64,000 nucleotides of DNA from the human T2T-CHM13v2.0 reference genome, Homo sapiens. The notes below the pieces were generated by a model. The model was given only the letters and a program-made list of their open reading frames with translations, was not told the origin of the DNA and did not search any database. Location of the stretch: assembly GCF_009914755.1 (NCBI RefSeq), contig NC_060934.1. The stretch is one strand, 5' to 3'. How positions within the stretch are numbered: the first letter of the stretch is position 1; each line of letters begins with the position of its first letter. Of this stretch, positions 43,702 through 56,740 are shown in pieces. Both the position numbers and the translations under genes were made by a program.

Positions 43702-46700
43702 TCTAGTGAGATTTGATTTCTATTTCTATGTGATTCAAAACTAGGAGAGCTCCAAGGCTAATGACTTTTAAAAAATGGCCATTGCTACTTGCATTTTCTA
43801 TGAAGCCAGCATACACAGCAACGTGCAACGTGCAACCTAAAAACCAAGCTATTTAATACGTAGCTTAGATTTCAGGTTTGATTGTCTTTGAGGTTTGATT
43901 ATTGCAGAGATCAATTGCCAGACCAAATATAGACTAATTCTGTATTTGGTCTCTTTATCATATGAAACATCCCAGCCTTGGGTATAAATTAAGAGCAAAT
44001 ACAGATGTCCTTGTCAGGTGGTTGCTTCTCTGCACCTCCCGTAGGTGGCCAGTGAACTAAGACCATCAAGAGAGGAGAAGTCACAATAGTATCTTAGATG
44101 ACGTTAAATTACGTTACAGTAACTCATGAACTCTGTCAGTGAGCTTGCATCATTGCTGGAGCATACCTCTTAGAATCCAAGGGATGAAAAGCAGGTACAA
44201 ATAAATTGTGTATTAAGTGGCTTTCAGACTGCACTAGAATTAATTTTGTTTCAATGTTGAAATGTTGTCATTGAAGAAGTCCTAGATTCCGCATGAGCTT
44301 ATGCACTGAGAGTTCACAATGAGATGCAGCATTATTTTTAACTATAATCTAGGTAACGTGAGTTACTGGAGAAAGCAGAATAGATTCTTAGGTAGTAGAA
44401 ATAAATAGAGAGCTCATCTGAATTACAAATGATTTTTTTGTGTAGTCTTTAGCTGGTTTTATAGGAGACTACAAGGTACAAACTGAATCCTCAATAGACT
44501 AGGGAAAACATAGCAAAAATTTTCTTTTGAGCAATAAAATAAATAAATGTATGCATACTGTATTCTCTCCACATTGCATGGTTGAATAGAAATTTGATTT
44601 AAGAGGAATTGATAATTCATTCTTATCTCAGTTACCAGGTCAAGTAATTTATATTCCTAGGACTTTTATTTGCATGTATGTGAAAAATTATAAAATATCT
44701 CAGTTATCAGGCAAAGGACTTGATATCCCTGGGAATCCACTTGTCCTTTTTAACACAGAACTTAGATTAGATTAGTAGCTCTTAAATTTTCCTAATTATC
44801 AGAAAAACCTAAAGTCTTCCCTACAAACACCAATATCAAAAGCTCCAGAGGAGAATCCTAGGAATCTGTATTTTTAGCAAAAGCTGTTAGTGATTCTGAT
44901 GGTAAGAAAGACAAATTGGGGAAACATTAGATTAAATGATATGTAAAGTAAGTGCCATGCTATTGAATGTCACAATATATTTTAAAAATTTCTTGAGATG
45001 AGTTGTAAATGTGACAATTCATTCTAGCTTATCTCCTAAATAGCATCAAGGACCCTATATTCTCTCTTTAAATTTCATTACAAAGATGCTAACTTAAATG
45101 CAGTCAGTGGAAGGTAGCTGAATTATAAAAAACGATGATGTGTTAAACAGTTAATAAGAGCTTTTGTTAATGGTGAAGATTTTATCTGTGCTTTTAGTTC
45201 TGTGGTGTCAATACAGTATCCCTTTCTAGTTGGTAGACAACTGACTATATTAGTTTGCTGATACTATCTCAATAGAATATTCCAGACCTCTCTCCCTCTA
45301 CTTTATCTGCTTAGCAAACACTTCTATCCTTCATTTTGTTCAAGTAGATTTCCTTTCCTGATAACCATATTTTGATAACCAGCTAGCATAAATATTCAGA
45401 CACATGTAGAGTTATATTTTCATTTTGTATTAAGTAACTGGCATTTTGTTTTATGGTTACTTTCTGGGGATACTGTCCAGGTCACTGAAGACCAGACACA
45501 AGCTGAATATACCCAGAGGGGGAGACACCATAAGAGGCTGGCATGAGGCGCTAGTGCTTATTTTCTTCTGCTGTAAAATGCCTGGGCATGAAGGGGAAAA
45601 AGCCTGGATGTAATTTGATCTGGAATTTCTGACCTAATGCTTTAAAGGGATTTCTGATTTGAGGCACTGCTTGAGACAAACTCATCCTCTTAAATAGGAG
45701 CCTGGGGCAGTGGCTGGACATCAGAGTACAAGAACAAAAAATAGAACTCAGGCTTATCTTGTGACAGATGAAGCTGAGGTGATTGCTTGAATATTTACCC
45801 CAGGCATAACTGAGATAAAAGTCCATCCTGTTGAGCTGCCAGATAATGCAGTGAGAATGGTTTTGATAAGTAATTCCCAGTTTTCAGGGAAAGTAGTATA
45901 CTAATTTGTCAGAATTGAATACTTAATTTTTATTTCTATATGTACAAAAATATGATGCTTGATGAGTTTGGGAAAAGCATTAATGGACAATTTCATCAGT
46001 TTGATATAAAGGGATGCTCTCTATCACTTAGCTTAATATGAATGTGTGGCTCTATACAAGAGTGTGTTTCTTTTTTCTTTAGTTGTATGACTTACTGCCA
46101 TCAAAAATCCCATTATACAAATGTGTATAATGAGAAAGGCTGCCACCTGGTTTAGTGAAATTATGATGAAAGATGTTTAGCAAAACTTTGACGAAACATA
46201 TAATCAAAAATAGTTGATTTGCACAGCTAGTCTACATAGTGCCTAGGATCTCATGAACTGAAGATCCAGAAAGTTCTTGCAAATGGAGTTTTTTTAAATA
46301 GAAAAGCCAAAGGGCTTGTTGGTTGTACTACTGCCACATCTTCACAAACTGAAAAAGAAATACAAAAACAAAAAGCCTTAAGAAATTAATGACCCTCAAC
46401 ATGTTCAAAAATTAAATTACTTCATTAAAAATATTCTCAACATTCATCACATTAAGAAATCACATAAGTAATGAAATATCTCTTAAATATTCAAGGATAA
46501 CTTGGGTTGCAAGGGCTTCTGAAGGTATAAACCACCAAAGAGATTTTACTCTAGATTTCTAGAGTAAAACAGACCTTAAGGTCTGTTTACAATAAGGCTA
46601 ATGCCTTATTGTAAGGAGAAACGTATGTTAAATTATAGATTTTGATGAACTAAATTCCCCCACCCCCGAACTACATTATAATGTGCACATTATGTCACAT

Positions 46701-46942
46701 TTAATGTTCAACATACCCTCAAATACCATTTTGGGAATCAGAGGCTTAAGTGACACCAAAGCATTTCCACATGTAAATAATAAAAAAGATAACATTAACA
46801 TTATATTTTTATTTTCAAGGAAGTCAAATTTGAAGAGCAATTACAAAGTGGACAGGAACTTGACAATAAAAACTTTAAAGTTACATTTCAAATGAAATAC
46901 TATAACTTTTAAAGAACAAAATGTTATTAACAGCATTAATTT

Positions 46943-47361
46943 TGTTAAAATAAAAACTTAACCGACGTTAAATTTAACATAATTTAATTGAGCAAGGAAA
47001 GATTCACGAATTGGGCAGCACTCAGAACCAGGAGAAGTTCAGAGAGCTCCACCCAGTAACATGGGCAGGCAGTATTTGTAGACAGAAAAAGGAAGTGACA
47101 TACAGAAACAGCTTGATTGGTTAGAGCTCAGCATTTGCCTTATTTGAGCATGGTGTGCTAAGGCCTTTGCTTTAAATGAACATGGTTTAATCATTTGTGC
47201 TGAAGTTTGGCTGCTGTGATTGGCAGACAGTCGGTTACAAGAGTATACTCTTAGATTGCAGGTTGTTTACATACTAAGGTTGCTGTTTGCTATGTAGGGA
47301 TTCAAAGTACTACATAATAACTATGGAGGAAGCTTTAGGCCAAATTTAATTTAATCTAACA
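46943..47361 (-). mobile_element. ERV1 solo LTR (MER57/MER93-like)
   Basis: TGTTA...TAACA termini, plus aggaagtgac.tacagaaacagc.tgattggtt, tttgccttatttga.cat and gctttaggccaaattt. Confidence 0.75.
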
Positions 47362-47989
47362 GTTTCAAAAGCAGGTATTATTTTCACTAAAATGAGATTT
47401 TAAAATCTAAATTGAAAAAAGTGTTTATTTTGGGAAAACATTTATTATTACAGAACTTGTTCCTCTTGTAAGGGTCCAAAGTCAGTTACATAATGAATAT
47501 TAAGGTGCCATGAAAAAAAAAAAATAAAGTGTGACACATGTAGAAAATGTTATATTATTAGTATAGTGCTAACCACTTGGTAGATGTTACAATTTTATAG
47601 TAAGAATTAATAGTTTTTTAAATATAAATAACTGTTTAAATTGGTTTTGTATTATTTGTATAGCTTCCTCTGTCATTTGACACCTATTAGTGACTACGTG
47701 ATCAGTCAAAAAAAGCAAGAAGCCTAGTAAAAGAGAAGGTGAAAGTAAAAATTTGAAGCATTTGGACTTTTTAAACCAGTCAGGAATTAGACTCTTTGAC
47801 TGTTTGGACATCATTTAACCAATGGTCTTTCTATGGGCCTATGGATGAGTTATTTAAATTGTGTGGGTCTCATTTATTCAAATCTAAACTAAGAATTTTA
47901 GATTCTAAATGTTCTCTATGGACCCATTTAGTATTAAAATGATAGATTTTAAAAAATATGTTGTAAGACTGGCCACAACTAATAGCTAT

Positions 47990-48240
47990 TATACAGATAT
48001 ATAACATATATGATATACGTGTATATCATATGTGTATATGTTTTAATTTATATTATATATTTATAATATAAATTATATATTATATATTTTGTAATATAAA
48101 TATATGTTATATATTTATATTAAATATATTTATATGATATATAATATAAATTAAAACATACACATATGTGTGTATATGTCTCTGTGCACATATATATATG
48201 CACATACACATATATGTGTGTATGTGTGTTTATATATTTC
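47990..48240. repeat. AT-rich (TA)/(CATA) low-complexity tract with internal inverted repeats
   Basis: Seen directly in the sequence. Confidence 0.85.
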
Positions 48241-50350
48241 TTTTAATTCATCTAACAAATGAAATTGATATTACTCCAGATAGAAAGTGATGCTTGATAA
48301 ATAACCGAAGATTGAAGGAAAGGACTTGGAAATGCAGGCATAAGTTGGGGAATGGAAAAAGGAGGACAGTCATGGCAAAACTGTATAAATGTAGGTAGAA
48401 ATCGAATTGGAATCCAGGAACTAGGCCATGTAAGGAAGAGAAAGACACGGTTTCAAAGTAAAAGGATGCAGGATTTGTCAGCAGTTTAGATAGTAGTGTG
48501 AAATATTAGCGTAATCAGTATCTTTGGCACATGTTTTTTTTTTGATAATTATATGTCATGTAAAACAGATGGGATATAGCATGGCACCAAGTGTAACACC
48601 AACAGTTTTAGTTGAAAGGGGAAGTTTCATTTTTTCTTAAAATACATTAAGAGCTTATAATGTGCTAGTTACTGTGCTGGATGCTGTGTTTGCAGCGCTT
48701 GTGTCCTTCAGTGTCCCTCCTGGAGGTTGTCCTTAAAGTCTCATAGAGAAGACGAACATTAAATGCACAAATACTTATATGATTCTAAACAATAAGAAGT
48801 TTGTAAAAATAAAAAGAAAATAGCCTTAGCTTGAGTGGTCAAGGAAGGCTTCTCTGAGAAAGTAACATCTAACCTGGAACTTCAGATACAATTTCTAATT
48901 CACAATAACTAATGGGTGGGTATGTGGGACATTGAGCTAGAACAAAAGACAAATATGGGTTAGTTAAGGTTTAAGTCGAGTTTAAATCGATCATTTTTTT
49001 TTATTTCTGCTTTAGGTCTACATCAGTGTTAAGTTGCTACATAGAAACATAAAAATGGGGGAAATTTGGGATTTGGTGTCTCCTTTTACAAAGAGAATGA
49101 AAGGCATATGATGATTTTTTGTAGAAAGACTTGTATATTAAAATAATAAATTAGAGTTCAACTCCTTTCCTTAAATATTACCTTTAATGGTATGGAAGAT
49201 AAAATTAGTCTGATGGGAAAAAAAATGACATTTAAGAATTTTAAAACTATGCTTCCTAAATAAGAATTTAATTTTGGCATGTGTGAGCCTATTGATCGGA
49301 CAGTAGTGCATTGTGTTCTGTTAAAATCTTATTATACCTTATTATCTCATTTTTAAATAATAAAAACACAATTTACTGAAAATTTTAATCAATAGCTCTG
49401 AACCTTCTTCACTTTTTTCTAAAATATCAACCAGACTTTTTTCAATTAAATCATTCATTGTAACCTTTAGTAAAATAGGTTCCATATAATTTTTAGGATT
49501 TGGAAAAACTGGGAATAATTTCTCCTCATTCACATAATATATGAGATGCGAAGTGGGTTACAGGGTATATGGGTTCTCAGAGGGTATTTTAAAATAGCAT
49601 GTGAGTGTGCAGAGTTTCAAGTAGCAAACTAATTTCAAGATGATCAACACTGATTCTTTTTAAAATTTACTTAGGCAGGTTTCAGGAAGGTATTGTTATA
49701 TATCAGAGGCAAAAACACAAATGTGCCCCAATTTTGGCCCTTTTTTTGTGCATCTAAAAACATACAGAGGAAAATGGAACTGAAATGAACTTTGTGGTTT
49801 GTGAATCCTTTAAAAACCGCAAAAAGCAAGTTAATCTCATATGAGTTGAGTACTTAGAGATGATGTGTGTGATGATATGTGTAAGACATTTGTTTAGATT
49901 CCAAAGTAAAGATCAGCTCCCCACATCCTCCGTCTCTCTGCCTCTCTCTCTCTCTCAATGTGTGTATTCTCTTTCACTCAACAAGATTAGCAGAAAGAAT
50001 TCTCTGTAAGTAAAAAAACATGTCTGAGGTTTTGAATGGCCCAATTTCTTACATCTTTTTTGATTTCTCTTTTAATATTATTATTATTATTTACTCTCTG
50101 CCCTCAACACAGCAGAGGCCTTGATGGGAAAAGGCTTTGTGGGCAAGCGGCAGGTGGGTAGTTGAATCTGGAGGACTCTAACAAATGAGACTCCTTCCTT
50201 CAGAAGAGTATGAAATGAGACATTTTATAAAGGGAGGGGAGGCTGAGTTGATTTAACCATTCCAGTGTGCAGATACATTAGAAAAGAATTAAGGGATCGT
50301 AATGCTTCCACAAATGAAATATTTCAACCATGTAGCACCATCCAAGTGCC

Positions 50351-50778
50351 CTGTTTGGAGATAATTCTCCATGGATTTCTTCTGTTAGGCACAGTTCAGC
50401 CTTTGAGCAAAGGGCGTATTTAAATGGTCTTTACCTTGAGACATTTGCTTACATTCCAGAGTAAAAATAAGCTCTTCTTGCCACCTCTCTTTCTCTGGAG
50501 GGGAGAATGGGCAGACATGCCAGCAGCCTATTCCAGCTAGAGTCTCCTCATTTTGTATTCCTCTCCTATGGTGTGACTGTCTGACATGCAGGTAAACATC
50601 CCTGCCTCCTCATATTGCCCTGTGGAAATGGAAGGTACTTCTCTGGCTGTTGCTTTTTCCTGTCTTTCTGTATCAGGGATCTAGTGTTTTATATCAGTGT
50701 ATATATATGAAATAGTGGCAAATTTACTCATTAGCTTCCAAGTAGGGTAAAATATCAGGCCCTTCATGCTTTCTGATT
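50351..50778 (+). mobile_element. LTR40-type ERVL solo LTR
   Basis: 5' end tgtttggagataattctccatgg and 3' end agctt.caagtagggtaaaat.tcag.cccttca. Confidence 0.75.
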
Positions 50779-50851
50779 TGAACTGTGCAAGGAATGGCAA
50801 ACCCAAATAACTATGGGAACCAGACATGGGACATGAATTGAAAGAAGTAGG

Positions 50852-51240
50852 TGATATGGTTTGACTCTATGTCCCCCACTTAAATCTCTTGTTGATTTGT
50901 AATCCCCAGTGTTGGGGGCAGGACTGGTGAAAGTGATTGGATCATAGGGGCGAATTTCCCCTTGCTGTTTTCATGATGATGAGGGAGTTCTCATGAGATC
51001 TGGTTGTTTAAAAGTGTGTTGCACTTTCCCCCTTTCCCCTTCATTCTCTTCCTCCTACTCCAGCCATGTAGGAAATGCTGGCTTCCCTTTGCCTTCTGCC
51101 ATGATTGTAAGTTTCCTGAGGCCTCCCAAGCCATGCTTACTGTACAGGCTGTGGAACTGTGAGTCAATGAAACCTCTTTTCTTTATAGATTACCCAGTCT
51201 CACATAGTTCTTTACAGCAATGTGAAAACGAACTAATAAA
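50852..51240 (+). mobile_element. MSTA-type MaLR solo LTR
   Basis: tgatatggttt...gtaatccccagtgttggg...ttctcatgagatctggttgtttaaaagtgtg ... aactaata, with perfect TSD gtagg. Confidence 0.92.
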
Positions 51241-52591
51241 GTAGGTGAAGTTTAAAATAATGAATGGCAGCTGACAACCTTGGTGTGGGTGCATAATAGG
51301 GAGGACTAGTGTCTGCGGCAGCTGAGGAGCAATGTCTTCTTGTGAGATATCCTACTTTTGAAATATTGGCAACCAATCTGACTCAAGAGCACTCATGGAG
51401 TTAAACGAAACTGTTATGGACTGGGTCCAGCCCAAGGGCCACCATTTAGTCTTCTCTATCGTAAATGGTGAGATAGTCAAGGATGGGGATGAATTTATTT
51501 CTTCCTGTTAACTGTGGAATCACTTGGCGCAATGCCTAAGTAGACACTCATTTTTCTTTTTTTAATCAAAAGTTCTCAGCAAGCTATAAGCCAGACATTA
51601 GCTAAGAAGAAATACAATATAATGCCAAAAGATCAACATAAATTTTGTTATGATTTTGTTTCCCAAAATAAGAAAACAGATTTGGTAGACATCATATTTT
51701 TTTGTCAGTAATCATCTTATAGTTCTTGACTACTTATATATCCCAGCATTTTATTTTGTCTCTACTATTACCACAATGTTATTATTATCCATTCCTTTGC
51801 CCAGTTTCTCACACAGTTTTAATATGGCACTTATGACCCTTGTTTCATGATAAATGGTTTTCATATGTCTACTATAGTAATTGAAAAACTCCAATTATTC
51901 TGCAGCTTTGTGTATGTGATAGAGTCAGCCACAGAGTTAGAATCATAAAATTTGTCAGGCCAAATCTGAGTTTTATTTCATAGAGATTGGTTTCAGGGTT
52001 GTGTAAACAATTGCAAAGATGATTTAAAAACCCTTTTATATTGTATCCAGCAAATAGTTCCCTCAGTATTGGCCTAAAAAGTTTGGAATTCTAAGCTGAT
52101 TTTCTAAAAGCTCCCAAGAATTGTAGGTTATGTGGTTAAATATTAGATCGTTGTCTGAATGCGTTTATAAGAATTTACTTAACACCTTAGGTGTTAAAAT
52201 GGGCTAAAAGAGAGCTTCATGTAATGCCTTTCATTCTGTTTGTGCATTTTTGATTATTGGAAAATCCAATGAAAAATAAGTGGGTGTCATTAAGAAGTAT
52301 AAGAGAGAGCGTAAGTATTTGTCCTCTAGGAAATTATAAGTGGATAGCAACAGAAAATTGTTCATAGCTGAATTGAAGAATAGATTGAGATTCTTGAGAT
52401 TACTATATGCTGGTTATAAAATGCCACACATTAAATTAGCAATTGAGAAAAAGACATGAAAGTAATAGACACATTGATGACTTATGGCAATAAGTATAGA
52501 ATAAATGCTTTGTATTTGTTTATTGAGGTATAATTTATATGTCGATTTTATCCTGTTTAGGTGAGCAGTTCTATGAATTTCAACAAATGTA

Positions 52592-52804
52592 CAGTTGTCT
52601 TTTGGGATTCAGAGGATCAGCTCCAGGACTGCCCCCATGTAACTAAATCAGCACATACTCAAGTCCTGCACTGGAAACAAAGTGTTGGCCCTCTGTATAC
52701 ACATCTTTCACAGCCACAAGTATTTTTTATTGTGTTTTATTTAAAATAAGCCACACATAAGTGGACCAAGGCAGTTCAAACTCATGTTGTTTAAGAGCCA
52801 ACTG
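52592..52804 (+). mobile_element. MER8 (Tigger2-derived) MITE
   Basis: TA|cagttgtc...ctcaagtcc...aagtggacc...cagttcaaac.c.tgttgtt.aag.g.caactg|TA. Confidence 0.82.
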
Positions 52805-52946
52805 TATACAGTTGTGTAAGCAACCACTACAACCAAAATAGAGTATATCCCCACCATTCCCCCAAATCTTCCATTTCCTGATATAGTCAATCTCCTCCTT
52901 TTACACCCCCAGCTCCTGTCAACACAAATCTGATTTCTTTCCCAAT

Positions 52947-53287
52947 TGATATGGTTTGGCTCTGTGTCCTCACCCACATCTCACCTTGAATTGTAATACT
53001 CACCATGGGTCAAGGGTGGGACCAGGTGGATATATGGGGGTGGTTTCCCCCATACTGTTCTCACAAAATCTGATGGTTTTATAAGGGGTTTCACCCTTTG
53101 CTCGTGTCTCATTCTCTCTCCTGTCACCATGTGAAGAAGGACATGTTATCTTCTCCTTCTGCCACAATTGTAAGTTTCTTGAGGCCTCCCCAGCCCTACG
53201 GAACTGTGAGTCAATTAAGCCTCTTTTCTTTGCAAATTACCCAGTCTTAGGCAGTTCTTTATAGCAGCATGAGAGTATTCTAATACA
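52947..53287 (+). mobile_element. THE1C-type solo LTR with internal deletions
   Basis: tgatatggtttggctctgtgtcc...aatctcaccttgaattgtaat ... taataca, with TSD ccaat/ccaaa. Confidence 0.9.
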
Positions 53288-56200
53288 CCAAAAATTCTGA
53301 CTTTTCTAAAATGGCATAAAAGGAGCTGATAAATGATACAGGCTTTTGAGTCTGGCTTCTTTCACTTTAATGCTTTTGAGGTTCACAGCTGTTGTTGCCT
53401 ACATCATTGTTCCTTTTTGTTGCTGAGTGGTATTCTATTGTATGAATATACTGCAATTTGCTTATCTGCTTACCAGTTGGGAGATATTTGGGTTGATTTG
53501 AGCTTTTGGAGATTATTAACAAAGCCTGTATAAACCTTGTTAATGGATTCTTGTTTAGACACATCTTCATTTGTCTTGAATAAACAAATACCTACATGTG
53601 CATTGCCATGTCATATAAAAGTGTATGTTTAATTTTATAAGAACCTGCCAAATTAGTTGTATTAATATGGCTGTGCCATTTAGGATTCTCATCAGGAATG
53701 CATTGGAGTCCCAGTTGCTCCACATAGAATATGTGCTTTTTATAAATTTTAAACTAAAATTTCTGCCTCAGATATAATGTATCTTCATATAAAATACATT
53801 ATATTTGAGACAGAAATTCTTATTTAAAGTTTATAAATTTATAATATATCTGAAAATACATTATAGTTATAAAACATACCAATTTTTAATATAATGTATC
53901 TGAGGATACATTATATTAAAAACTGATATGTTATATTGGAATTGTGTAATATTTTACAAATACATGATGGCTAAAGTGAAAGTAAGCAGCAGGTTGAATT
54001 AATTCCATTTCTCTTATGAGTTAACTGAGGCTAAAACATGTGTTTGTATGTGAGGACAATCGTTTTTATATCATTTAAAATTTTGGTCAGTCATTCAGTT
54101 TCCTAAATACATAGAAGGATGAGTTCAGGAAAGTTGCTAGAGCCCCATTAATGTTTAAGCCTCAAAGTTCCAACGTGGTTACCAAGGCCAGTCTGTCTTT
54201 ACGTGGAGCAGGTGGCAGCCCATGCAAAGAACAGCTTGGATGAGCTGGTTTACTTCATAACATTTCCAAGACGATGATAGTTCTAATATAAGTAGAATTG
54301 ACCTGTACAGATAAGGCAGGTCATTTAAACTAAACTGGATTTTCAGTTGCCCTTTGAGGCACTCCGTAAGGTAGCAATGGGACTTAGGAGTAAAATTCGA
54401 CTTCCCTAATTTCCGGAATCAATACTGTCTTATATACAATGTATAATGCTTGTGTTTTGATAATCTTCTATTCGTTCTCGGGGAAAAACACCATAAATGA
54501 AAGTGACATTTTCATAATAGAGGCATTTGGGTTTATTCTTTTTGTGGTCATTTTCTCAGGACTACTATTTTAGAATAATTTACCAAGCTTTTTTGCAAGA
54601 CTAAAATATAGGGTTAAAGTAGGGTTAAACCTTAACAGTCATAACTTTGTTGCTGAAGTGTGATTATTATCAAAAAGTCTTTTAAAAATGCTTTTCTTAA
54701 ATATTCAAAAGAGATTGAGACTATCATACAAATGGACAATTTTAGTTTCTCAAATTGTAATTATTGTTCATTAATTCTCAAGAATGCTAACATTTAGAGG
54801 TTAGCAAATTGAAGATATTTTGGTAAAAATTATGATTAAATTATGTATTAGAGCAAACCCAACTGTCTTCTGTCTTGGATTGTTTCTGTCTTTCCGTTGG
54901 CCTTGAATGCAGATAGAAACAATATTAAAATACTTCTCATGCAACATGAAGGAAACTCCAAAGGAAAAATGCCTTGAGCAAATGACATTCTCTAACCTGT
55001 TATGGCCCTCTCTGGGTTACAGAATTTTGTCTTAAATTTTCATAAATAGCCAATTCTTTAATTTGTGACTATATAAAGACAATAAAAAGTCTTGGAACAA
55101 TTGACTCCAAACACCAGAATGGAGCTATGAATGTGTATATATCCCTAAAGCTGGTTTCCAGCTACTTATATGTACAACAGCTTCACTCTCTATGAAGTGG
55201 GATGTTACTATCAATTTTCTATTCCTTCTCATTAATAAGATAATGATAATCATGAGGAGTGAGGCCAAGTCAATAGTATTTATTTTTATTTACCCTAGTT
55301 TCTTCTAAGCAATTTGTTAGCATGTTCTGTGTTTTATTGCAGTGGGATTTACATGTATGGGTACAGGACATTAACTGGTGATTAATTCATATTTGTGCCT
55401 TTTCCCCAACTGTTCACCCAACTCTATTTTTAAAAATAAAACAGAATACGTTTTTCTGTAGTATGTTCTTTCAAATTCTGTCTGCTAGTTTAGGTTTATT
55501 GAAAATAATTGTATGAGTTTGGACTAAACATTCTTTATACATTTTTGTTTTCTCTGCCTATAATGCCTTTCACTCATGATGGTGGTGGGAAAAAGGATGC
55601 ATTTTTATGTTTGGAGAGACTCATTGTAAAACAGCGGGACACTTCCTGTATAACACCATTAAATGTTGTTCAAACAATGTCAGGGGGACTATATTTGCCC
55701 ACTAGTTCTATGCAGAAACATTTCCCAAATTAATTAATTTTCTCAGTGACAAATCAGGGAGAAAATCCTGGTAGACCTCAAGAAAGGGTAGAAAGTTGGA
55801 GAAAAGTGTTAAGAGGTTTGAGGTCAGCAATTTGACCTTTTAAAACTTTCTTTCATAAGGAGAATGTCAACAAATAATGTTTGTGGTAACTTTCAATGAA
55901 GGCTAGAGCTTGAAAAGTAAAACTTCAACTCCCACATATAACATTTGTGAGGAAAATGAAATGAAAACATATGTTCATATAATAATGGGAAAACATAATG
56001 TATTTTTCTAAGTTTGAGTTTGCTAGAAGTTCTTTATTATTAAATTATGCTGGGATTCCTAGTAAGCATGCAAGACATTTGCATAAGTATTAAAATAATT
56101 CATCATGATCAATTCTGTTACAGTAAATCTCAACCCTAATCACAATCTACCATATACTACAGTGGTTCGTCTATATGTGGTATTTCATATTTTACTAAGT

Positions 56201-56389
56201 TCTGGTGGAACTGCCGCTCCTGCAGCAGCACAAATGTCATCTGAGTTCACTGTGATTAATGTGGCCCTGAAGGAGATCTAATCACGATTAGCCAATTTCA
56301 TAAAGTGTTACAGAATCAGTGTCATGTGAGAAACATTTTAAAGCCCTTAAAACTGTATATCCTAGCAAGTAACTCTGGTAGAAAATCTA

Positions 56390-56740
56390 GGAGGATGAGG
56401 AGGTTTAATTTGGGAAACAGATGACCCAGGAGGATGAGGGAACAATTATTTGCCTTCAAATACTTAAAGGACCAGAAGGGAACAACACAAATCTAGAACT
56501 AATGGCTGAAAGTTATAGGGCAGTGGATATCAATCTAATATACTGAAATTTCAAAAACGGAAACTCATAAGAAATGCAATGAGTTCCATGGGTCTAATAG
56601 GCTCAATGTAGTATGGAGGTTTCTGTTACTAGAAGTATTCAAGGCAAGATGACCACTTCTGGAGACTACTGCAAAGCAGTTTTTTAATGGCACAGAAGGT
56701 TATATTTGGGTACATTTTAAATTCCTCTTCATCCATTCCA
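56390..56740 (+). mobile_element. L3/CR1 LINE 3' fragment immediately upstream of the exon E acceptor
   Basis: gccttcaaatacttaaagg, agaactaatggctgaaagttata.gg and tactagaagtattcaag. Confidence 0.55.

Larger units (their letters stand above)
52510..53726 (-). mobile_element. Old L1M 3' fragment hosting MER8 and THE1C
   Basis: ttattgaggtataattta, tgtaa.caaccactacaacca, ttgctgagtggtattctattgtatg and ccagttgctccacat. Confidence 0.8.

Noticed and set aside
53773-53916. Resemblance of TATAATGTAT / ATACATTATA to the loxP core
   Set aside because: The 13-bp ATAACTTCGTATA arms are absent, so this is a coincidental AT-rich 10-mer.
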